A stretch of DNA of 32,000 nt. Origin: Candidatus Iainarchaeum sp. (GTDB lineage Archaea; Iainarchaeota; Iainarchaeia; Iainarchaeales; CSSED10-239). The DNA is taken from positions 66,418 to 98,417 of the forward strand of contig JBBISB010000001.1 in NCBI GenBank assembly GCA_037441475.1. The letters run 5' to 3'. Of this stretch, positions 18,348 through 26,191 are shown piece by piece. How positions within the stretch are numbered: position 1 is the stretch's first letter; each line of letters opens with the position of its first letter. The notes below the pieces were generated by a model. It was not told where the DNA came from, ran no database searches, and worked only from the letters and a program-made list of their open reading frames with translations. The translations under genes were made by a program, and so were the position numbers.

Positions 18348-19246
18348 ATGGTTGTAAGAAAAAATTTATCAATTCCTCGTAAAATTAACTCTTCTACTGT
18401 TAGATTTAAGAGTTATGAACATGTTTTAGAAGAAAAAACAAAACATCAAATAAAGTTAATTTTAAATTAAATTAGTAAAAAACCTAATAGAAGGTTTGAT
18501 TTTAATATTTTAAGCGAGCATAAGGTTGTTGAAAGATTATATTTAGATAAAAATTCAACTAATTGGAGAAGGAAAGATTGGTTTTATTTACAATGGTTTC
18601 TTAAAATTAAAAGATTCTCCTCAAAAAAAAGAGAGTTGCTATTAAGTTTTTTAAGTTAAGTTATGATAATGATACTATTAATATTTATAAAAGTGTTATT
18701 AAAAAACTAGAAACTTTTAAGTATCCTTCTGGAAAAAATATTTTTCCAAAAACTGCTTTTTTAAGAGTGGGTTTATTAGATAATCATAAACCTATTTGGG
18801 TACAAGTTTCTTCTGCATTTATTAATAGAGTTGGGCCTACGACTGTTTCTAAATTTAAAAGAAATAATGCTTTTAATTATTCTAAAGAAGCAATTAAGGA
18901 AGTTGAATATATTTATAGAAAAATAATTGATATGGGTTATAGTCCTTATGATTTGGTTGCTCAATTAAAGGGTAAAAATGAAGTTATTCCAATTGATATT
19001 GATATGATTGTACATCAGTTTATAGGCAGAGGTAATAAACTAATTACACGTAAAAAAGATAAAATTAAAGATTTACTTATTTCTTTTGGAAAATTATCTT
19101 ATGGTATGGGTCAAGGAGCTCCTGTTGTTTCTGAAAAGATATTTATTGAGCTTTGTCAGACACTTTTACAAAATAAGAAAGAATGGACAAAAGAAATCCA
19201 AGAAGCTATTTCTAATGCGCGTAATTATGCTAATATTAATTTATAA
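18348..19246 (+). pseudogene. Hypothetical gene of about 299 codons, interrupted by an in-frame TAA and an A8 frameshift
   Basis: ATG 18348 gives MVVRKNLSIPRK...KHQIKLILN, then TAA (18468-18470). The same frame continues ISKKPNRRFDFNILSEHKVVERLYLDKNSTNWRRKDWFYLQWFLKIKRFSSKKK. The frame changes in the A8 run 18623-18630 to RVAIKFFKLSYDNDTINIYKSVIKKLETFKYPSGKNIFPKTAFLR, joining track ORF 18767..19246, which starts at a GTG. No function recognised. Confidence 0.5.
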
Positions 19247-19481
19247 TTTAAATTTTATAATTTTTTTAATTATTTTTAATTTTTTGTTTAGTTATATTTA
19301 TTGGACAGTGTTTTTAGCTAAAAATTTTACTGGCTTAAAAAATTATTATTTATTAAATAATATACTATTTAAATATAATCTTATTTAAATAATATAATAA
19401 ATACCTTTAAAAACCTTTTCTACTAAATATTAATAAAAATTTAAATTGTTTTTTCGGTATAAGATAAATAAGGTGGAATAA

Positions 19482-19712
19482 ATGGGTGTAATTACAATAT
19501 CTTTAGATAAAGAATCTGAAAGACTTTTAAGAGAATCAGCAAAGATGCACTATGGTAATAGAAAGGATGCTTTAAGTAAAACTATTATAAAAGCTTTAAA
19601 TAATTTAGAAAATAGTAGGGATAATCTTAAGAAAAATATGATTGAAAGACTTAAAAATCCTATAAAAACTAGGTTAAAAAGTATAAAAAATAGGGACGAA
19701 TATTATAAGTAG
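19482..19712 (+). CDS. vapB: Antitoxin, ribbon-helix-helix (VapB/CopG-like)
   Basis: 76 aa. The N-terminal beta-strand-like VITISLDKESERLLRESA followed by helices is typical of RHH. It lies immediately upstream of a PIN gene (stop 19710-19712, next ATG 19722). An SD-like aaggtgg precedes the ATG. Confidence 0.6.
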   Translation: MGVITISLDKESERLLRESAKMHYGNRKDALSKTIIKALNNLENSRDNLKKNMIERLKNPIKTRLKSIKNRDEYYK

Positions 19713-19721
19713 GTGACTAAA

Positions 19722-20138
19722 ATGGATGATAAAATATTGATCGATACTAGTATTATTATTAATGCTTATTTTTTATTAAATAAAAAACATAATGAGAAAG
19801 CTGTAGAAATTATTGAAAAGTATGCTAATAAAGATAATAACTACATAACATTACAAACAATCACTGAATATATAAATATTTGCAAAAACAAATTTAAATT
19901 AAATAAAAAAGAAATAGAACAACAAGTTATTGAGCTTAAGACTTTATTTAAAGTTATAAGTTACTCTGAAAAAACCTTACTAAATGCTATTGATTTAGGT
20001 TATTCTAAAAAGATGTTATTTTTTGATGCTTTGCTAGCTCAAACAATGCTTGATAATAATATAAAAGTGATTTATACTGAGGATAAAGAAGTATTTAAGA
20101 AGATTAAGGGATTAAAGGTTGTAAACCCTTTTAAATAA
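19722..20138 (+). CDS. vapC: PIN-domain ribonuclease toxin (VapC)
   Basis: Acidic PIN signature residues are present: ILIDTS (Asp), TITEY (Glu), FFDALLAQT (Asp), YTEDKE. The ATG at 19722 is preferred over the track GTG at 19713 because aggtga lies 7 nt upstream. Confidence 0.8.
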   Translation: MDDKILIDTSIIINAYFLLNKKHNEKAVEIIEKYANKDNNYITLQTITEYINICKNKFKLNKKEIEQQVIELKTLFKVISYSEKTLLNAIDLGYSKKMLFFDALLAQTMLDNNIKVIYTEDKEVFKKIKGLKVVNPFK

Positions 20139-21075
20139 ATCCCCTTGTTTAATTATGTATACTCTTAAACATGGTTGTGGTGTTTATTATTTAGTTTGTT
20201 GAAGAGACAATATTTTATCAATAATTAAATTTTGTTTTACTTTTGAAAATCACTTTAACACAAATATTCGCTAAATCTTGGACAATTGTTTTTTTAAATT
20301 GACTTAAACATAACTATATATTTTATTTTTTAAAAAATCAATTTTCCTTTACGTTGAAAAAATTATTTAAACTATTTTTCTTCTTTTTAACCAAAAAAAG
20401 ATCTAATTTCCTAAAAATAACTTGTTTTAAGGAAAATCGCGCTTAAACCCCTAAAAAAACCTGTTTATAGGTCAATTACCCTATGCCTTTTGACCTCTGT
20501 TTTTAATGCTTTTTTAGCTTAGATCCAAATCTTCTAAAAAATGTAAAAAAACACTAAAAAAAGCACATTTATAGCCATAAAATTCGGCATAAGGGGTATT
20601 ATGCCGATGAATAACTGAGGCGAAAATAAGCCGAAAATCTGTAGAAATTTTTTTAATAATTTTTTACCTCTTTTTTTAGTTATGTATAGTAACTTAAATT
20701 TTCTTTACAAATTTATGAAAAAAATGTTTTGCTCTTATTTTCATCTCTCATAAATATTATTTCGAAAGTTAAATTACTATTTTTCATAACTATTTTTTAC
20801 TGCATTTATTTCTTTCACTAACACTTGACTATACATAACTAATCTCTTGTCTATTAAATTAAATTTGCCCAAGCAAACAATTCAGTATATTATGTATGTT
20901 AATTTCATTTATCATCCATCAAACCTCCTTTTTTAAAAAAATTACTTAATAGTAGATATATGTCTTATAAGCCTATATCTCTTTTCAAGCAGAGGGCGCC
21001 TGGCCGAGAAAACAAAAAATATTATAAAGAGAATGCTAGTATATTAAATATAAACTAAATATAGGGAAAATTAAT
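20139..21075. other. 937-bp ORF-free region with hairpins, inverted repeats and small GC-rich islands
   Basis: No ORF of 60 aa or more on either strand. It contains stems at 20469-20496 and 20584-20607, a 15-bp inverted repeat at 20676-20690/20828-20842, and an isolated GC-rich 20-mer at 20989-21008. Confidence 0.5.
20676..20842. repeat. Perfect 15-bp inverted repeat (TTAGTTATGTATAGT) enclosing 137 bp; MITE-like
   Basis: 20676-20690 ttagttatgtatagt is the exact reverse complement of 20828-20842 actatacataactaa. A related direct copy, tttaattatgtatact-cttaaa, sits at 20148-20170 just after vapC. Confidence 0.6.
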
Positions 21076-21653
21076 ATGAGATTAATAATCACAAGACATG
21101 GAGAAACTGTAGAAAACACTAAAGGAATAATGCAAGAACATCTGCCTGGCAAACTTACTGAAAAAGGGATATCTCAGGCAAAAGAGATTGGCAATAAATT
21201 AAGGAATCAAAAAATAGATCTTTTCTTTTCAAGTGATCTTAAAAGAGCAAAAGATACCATTAAAGAAATCTATAAATATCATTTAAAAAAACCTTTAATA
21301 TATACAGAAGAACTTAGAGAAAAAATTTAGGTGAACTTACAGGAAAAACAAAAAAAGAATTTAAATGGTCTTTAAAAAGTTATTATTTTGTAATATATGA
21401 AAATAAAGAAGGAGAAAAAAATAAAGATTTTTTAAAGAGAGCTAAAAACTTTATTGACTATCTTTATAATAATTTTTCAGATAAAACAATATTAATAACT
21501 TGTGACAATGGCATAGGCAGAGCAATTATATCTTATATAACAAATAAAGACTATAATTCTAAAATTACCTCTTTTGATAACTCTAAAATATTTGTTTATG
21601 ATATCTTAAAGATTAATAAAAAAATAGTATCCAAAAGAAAACAATTAAAATAA
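21076..21653 (+). pseudogene. Histidine phosphatase (phosphoglycerate mutase-like) family gene with one frameshift
   Basis: IITRHGETVEN (RHG catalytic motif) ... FSSDLKRAKDT ... TEELREK, then a stop at 21328-21330. A one-base indel in the A6/T3 run 21320-21328 restores LGELTGKTKKEFKW...ILITCDNGIGRAIISY... to TAA 21651-21653. The usual second catalytic His (SHG) position reads CDNG. Confidence 0.75.
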
Positions 21654-21842
21654 TGTCCAATAAATATAGAACATTATTTTATCCAATATTTCTTTATAGA
21701 ATAAATTATAAAGAAAAGTAAAGTAGAGTATAATAATAAAGAAATAATAATTAAATGTAGGTAAAGAAACTATTTATGATTAATATAGCATATAAGAAAA
21801 TAAATATAAAATAACTAAACCATTTTTTATGTTTATTTACTT

Positions 21843-21965
21843 TTACTTTTTTACCTTATTCTTTAACACATTAGAATCTTCTAATAATAAAAATCCTAAA
21901 AATATTAATATAGCATAAACTATAACAAATAAAATATATGTGATTGTAATACTAATAATTATCAT
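21843..21965 (-). CDS. Possible 40-aa single-TM peptide; followed by fragmented hydrophobic reading frames
   Basis: ATG 21965 gives MIIISITITYILFVIVYAILIFLGFLLLEDSNVLKNKVKK*. Downstream (21654-21842, minus strand) only short stop-interrupted hydrophobic stretches remain. Weak call. Confidence 0.2.
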   Translation of the reverse strand: MIIISITITYILFVIVYAILIFLGFLLLEDSNVLKNKVKK

Positions 21966-22014
21966 CTATATATAAATACAAATTATTTATAAACATATCT
22001 TTTTTTACTAACAA

Positions 22015-23397
22015 TTATTTATGTAATATTGTCTTATAACTAAACCTACTATCTGTTAAAATACTTCTTATCTGGTCAGGGTCATTTATATTTCTTTCAA
22101 TCATTGTTTTTAAAACCTTTATTCTTTCTTCAATAACAATCTGTAATTCAAATTTAGATATTGATATATAGTTACATAATTTTTCTAAAAAGTAAGATCC
22201 CATAAAGTTTAATTTAGCATTAGAGTCCATATTTTCATTATTATAAATATGGTTTATAGTAATATTACCCATTCTTGAAATTTCAGAAATTTGAGAAACA
22301 TACCTATACATTTTATTACCAATTATTTTTTTATCAAAAGTAATTATAACATCTAAAAGTTTAATATAACTTTCCTCTATATTCATTGGATTTGAAGTAA
22401 GTTTATTTACCAAATCAGAACTGTTGTTTGCATGTATAGTAGAAATACATCCTTGATGTCCAGTATCCATTGCCATAAATAAGGCCTTAGCCTCTTTACC
22501 CCTAGTTTCTCCAATAATAATTCTATCAGGCCTCATTCTTAAGATGTTTAAAGTAATATTATAAAGACTATCAGGGTCAGCAATATTGCTTACAAGACTA
22601 ACTGAGTTTTCAAAAATAGTAAAATCCATTTCTTTGGTGTCTTCCACCCCAATTACCCTTACTTTAGGTGATATGAAATGAAGTAAAACATTTAACAGTG
22701 TTGTTTTACCTGTACTTGTACCTCCACAAATAAAAACATTTGCTGGTTTGATGCCAAAACCATCTACAATAGTCCATAAATAAGCTGCAACTTCATAATT
22801 AACCGTGTTATTATTTATTAAATCAAGGACTGTTAAAGGAGTTTTAAGATATTTTCTGATGGTAATTACATTAAACCTTGAAACATCTTTTGAAACAATG
22901 TTTATTCTTGAGTTATCAGGCAAGATTCCATCAATAAAATCTCTTTTTTTAAAATCACCATTAACTGTTTTTTTAACATACTCAAAAAAGATATTAAAGC
23001 TGTTTTTTTCAAAAGTAATATTTGTTTTATAATACACATTTTTTCTTGATATAACAAAAACCTTATTATAATCATTAATCATTACTTCTTCATAATCATC
23101 ACTATTCATAATTGGGGCTATTTCTTTGTACCCAATAAGATAATCAACAAGATAGTTTGAAAATTCTTCTTTTAGATATTCTTTTAAAAAAAATTTAGTT
23201 GCAAGGATAATATCTTCAGTTGAAATAACACTATGATCTATATTTTTTATTTCTGCAAATACTTTTTTTTTATCATTATCAGATAAATTGTCTTTAAAAT
23301 AAGGATTAAGATCACTTAACTCTAAACTTTTTAAAATGACTTTATAGACTATTTCACTATATTCTTTGTTTTCGTAATTAAACTCTATTTCATCCAT
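22015..23397 (-). CDS. Type II/IV secretion-system ATPase (FlaI/ArlI, VirB11, TadA-like; T2SSE family)
   Basis: 460 aa. It has Walker A GGTSTGKTT, Walker B/Asp box VIGVEDTKE, RPDRIIIGETRGKEA, and the His box GHQGCISTIHANN. Confidence 0.85.
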   Translation of the reverse strand: MDEIEFNYENKEYSEIVYKVILKSLELSDLNPYFKDNLSDNDKKKVFAEIKNIDHSVISTEDIILATKFFLKEYLKEEFSNYLVDYLIGYKEIAPIMNSDDYEEVMINDYNKVFVISRKNVYYKTNITFEKNSFNIFFEYVKKTVNGDFKKRDFIDGILPDNSRINIVSKDVSRFNVITIRKYLKTPLTVLDLINNNTVNYEVAAYLWTIVDGFGIKPANVFICGGTSTGKTTLLNVLLHFISPKVRVIGVEDTKEMDFTIFENSVSLVSNIADPDSLYNITLNILRMRPDRIIIGETRGKEAKALFMAMDTGHQGCISTIHANNSSDLVNKLTSNPMNIEESYIKLLDVIITFDKKIIGNKMYRYVSQISEISRMGNITINHIYNNENMDSNAKLNFMGSYFLEKLCNYISISKFELQIVIEERIKVLKTMIERNINDPDQIRSILTDSRFSYKTILHK

Positions 23398-23538
23398 ATC
23401 TAAAACCTAAATTTAATAGAAATATATAAGACAGATAAATATATAAACTCTATTTTATTTTTTATCTAAATTTTATACCTTTCTTTTATAAATTATATAA
23501 TAATTATGTTTATAAACTTAATTAAATATAAGATAAAT

Positions 23539-24593
23539 ATGGAAATTAAGCTTTTTGATATTAAAAAAGAGATAGATGGTCTATCACCTGCTCTTTTTTC
23601 TTGTAAAAATATAATCTCCACTAATTTAAAGTTTTTAAAGGTAAGTAGAAAAGAACATCAATGTTTATTTTAAGGTTAATAAAAATTAAAGTTTTTAAAG
23701 ATAAGTAGAAAGAACATCAATGTTTATTTTAAGGTTAATAAAAAAGAGTATCTTTTTAGAGTAAATCTCAATGGTTATAATAACTGCTCATCTAAACACT
23801 CAAAAAAAGAGTATGATGCCCTTAAGATTTTAAATAAATTTACCTCTGGTAATGTTCCAAAAGAAGTTTATTTTTCAAGAAAAGGAAAATTTTTTCTTGT
23901 TCATATATCATTATAACTTACCTTAAAGGCAAAGCAACTGTACTTAATAAAAATAACATTAAGGTTATAGCTAAAAAAATTGCACTTATAAACAAAACAG
24001 AATTATCTTTTTTAGATAGATTCTCTGTCTATAAACAGAACTTTAATGATCTTAGAAATGAGTTTATTAGAAAAGAAGAGTATATTGGTCATAGACATCC
24101 AGAACTTTCAAAGCTGTTAAAAAGTATACGTTTAAACATAGAAAAAGATAAGCCTAAAGATATAAACAAAGATCTTTATTTAGTACATGGAGACTTAACT
24201 TTAGGAAACATTATCTCAGATGGTAAAAATATTAATTTAATTGATTGGGAATATTTTAGATTAGCAAGTCCTTTACTTGATATTACAAAGTTATCCCATT
24301 CTAATAATTTTGTTAAATATCAAAAAGAGTTTTTCAAAGAATACAGAAGGTACTTTAAAAAAATTGATAATATCTATGAAAAATATTTTTTCTATAGAAA
24401 CTACCAGATATACCTTTGTTTAATGTCAAGTACTAAATATTACTTTGAGATTATCTTTGAAAATTATAAATATACCTTTAATAAGAATAAGAAAGATATT
24501 GTTAAAGACATTATAAAAAACTATCAATATCTTTATAAGAAAAAATATGCAGTTGTTCCTCTTTTTAATTTTAAAAAAATACTACACATCTAA
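23539..24593 (+). pseudogene. Aminoglycoside/choline-kinase-fold (APH family) kinase gene, broken by a tandem duplication and a frameshift
   Basis: Missing from the ORF track because the long 3' frame has no start codon. ATG 23539 gives MEIKLFDIKKEIDGLSPALFSCKNIISTNLKFLKVSRKEHQCLF* (stop 23671). Repeat copy 2 restores KFLKISRKNINVYFKVNKKEYLFRVN...EYDALKILNKF...VYFSRKGKFF. After a shift at T6 23890-23895 it reads YIIITYLKGK...LYLVHGDLTLGNIISDGKNINLIDWEYFRLASPLLDI... to TAA 24591-24593. HGDLxxxN and IDWE are APH-fold catalytic motifs. Confidence 0.75.
23626..23744 (+). repeat. Tandem duplication, 60 + 59 bp, inside the kinase gene
   Basis: Copy 1 is 23626-23685 and copy 2 is 23686-23744. They are identical except for one G/A substitution (23641 versus 23701) and one extra A in copy 1 (A4 at 23649-23652 versus A3 in copy 2). 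Confidence 0.9.
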
Positions 24594-24612
24594 TTTTTGG
24601 TTTTTAAAAAAA

Positions 24613-25411
24613 TTACATCCTTACATACAAAAGATTACCGCTTTCATACTTCTTTAAACCTTTGTAGAAAACATATATAGCTATTAACAGTAAAGCAAAG
24701 GTAAATAAGAACAATAAAATAAACCATGTAAGGTCAAAAGATTGAAGTAAAGTTGTTGGTACACTTGTTATAAACCCTGGGTATTACAAACAAGGTTACA
24801 AACTTTGTAGCTCCTGTAAAGATTGAACCTGGATAAAGAGAGAAAGTTATAACTGTTTCATAAAGAGTATTACCTAGAGTCTCTGATGAAGGAACATAAA
24901 AGGCAATACTTCCTATAAGTATACCGAAGGATATTAAAATAACTGTTGCTGGTATTATCATTAAAAGTATTAAAGGTACCTTTTTTATAGACACCATAAA
25001 GATTAAGAGTGTGATTCCAAAAATTAAATCTCCAAGATCAAACCAACTGTTCTTAGATACTAAAATATGTGCTAAGTCTTTTTTTGGAAGTGTTAAATAG
25101 AAATCTAATTTTCCTTTAACCACTAAATCTGCAATCTCCTTGTGATTACCGAAAAAATAACTTGCAATACCAAAACTTATTGTTGCAAAAACATAAATAT
25201 ATATTAAATCTTGAAAAACCCATCCATTAATATCTCCAAGCTTAAAATATATTAAATACCAAAAAAATAACCATATAAAGTCATTTACAAACATAAAGAG
25301 AGAAGACAATAAAAAGTTAGCTCTATACTCTGTGGCAGACTTTAAAAAAATCTTTTGATACTCTAAAAACAATTTAAAATTTGATATTATTTCTTTAACC
25401 GCCATTAACAC
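24613..25411 (-). pseudogene. ABC-2-type transporter permease (second permease of the operon), one frameshift
   Basis: Track ORF 24734..25411 ends FVIPRVYNKCTNNFTSIF*. A one-base shift at the C3/G3 run 24775-24781 gives FVIPGFITSVPTTLLQSFDLTWFILLFLFTFALLLIAIYVFYKGLKKYESGNLLYVRM*, ending at 24613. Confidence 0.7.
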
Positions 25412-25423
25412 TCACTTTTTTAA

Positions 25424-26189
25424 TTATGTATCTATAAAAATAAATAATACCCCAATAAAGAATAGTATCCATAGTAATTGAACAACAACCTTAAAAAAAG
25501 TCTCATAACTAAAGATTAAAGCTAATTTAGATGCATGGTATGCAGAGTAACTAAAAGGCAAGATACTTGATATTTTTGCAACCAAAGGAGGATAAAGTTC
25601 TAAAGGTACAATCATTCCTCCAAAAATAAAAGTAATCTTTGAATATATGTAACTGAGAGAGCTTGCATCCTCTATCCAAAAAGCAAATAAACTAATAATT
25701 GATGCTATAACTAAGTTTAATATAATTGCTAAAAATGCAACAATTAAAAGAAAAGGAAGAGAGACTAAAGAAATTTTTATACCCCAACCATTAGGTAAGC
25801 TACAATTCCTCCAAATAATAAAACTAATGAAAAATTAATTAATGCTTTTCCAAAAGTAACTGACATTTTATAGATAATGTTGTTGTATGGTTTTGTTAAA
25901 TAGTTTGCACCTCTCCACTCTTGATGTCATCTCCAACCTCTTTTACAAATCTACCAATAGATGTTATTAAGGCTTCACCAAAAACTAAATACCAAACCAT
26001 CATTGGTAAAGTAAACCCTGGAATAACCTCTCCCTGAGTTGCAAAAATGACTTTCCAAAGGTTTGCAAATACAAAAATAATTATAGCTATAAATAAAGCC
26101 TTTCCAAGAATAATGTCCCAGATATATGTCAAACTCTCTTTTACATTTATAAGAGATATAGAAAAATATTTACTTATCTGTGAGCTCAT
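25424..26189 (-). pseudogene. ABC-2-type transporter permease (first permease), two frameshifts
   Basis: Three frame segments. The first is track ORF 25896..26189 (...DDIKSGEVQTI*). The second is ANYLTKPYNNIIYKMSVTFGKALINFSLVLLFGGIVAYLMVGV* (stop 25777-25779). The third is GWGIKISLVSLPFLLIVAFLAIILNLVIASIISLFAFWIEDASSLSYIYSKITFIFGG, joining track ORF 25424..25615. The shifts lie near 25905-25912 and 25790-25800. Confidence 0.7.
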
Positions 26190-26191
26190 AT

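Noticed and set aside
20600-20640. C/D box sRNA (cgatgaa ... ctga)
   Set aside because: The C-like and D-like boxes are only 4 nt apart, and no C'/D' set with about 12-nt guide spacing is present.
20989-21008. GC-rich gcagagggcgcctggccgag as a tRNA or split-tRNA half
   Set aside because: It resembles an acceptor stem plus D-loop (GCCTGGCC), but no anticodon arm, T-arm (GTTCGAATC-like) or complementary 3' acceptor follows, and the flanks are A-rich. At most it is a tRNA-fragment scar, which is not supportable as a gene.
23626-23744. The 60-bp repeat as a CRISPR array or minisatellite
   Set aside because: There are only two directly adjacent copies with no spacers, and they lie inside a recognisable kinase coding frame. 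It is a simple tandem duplication.
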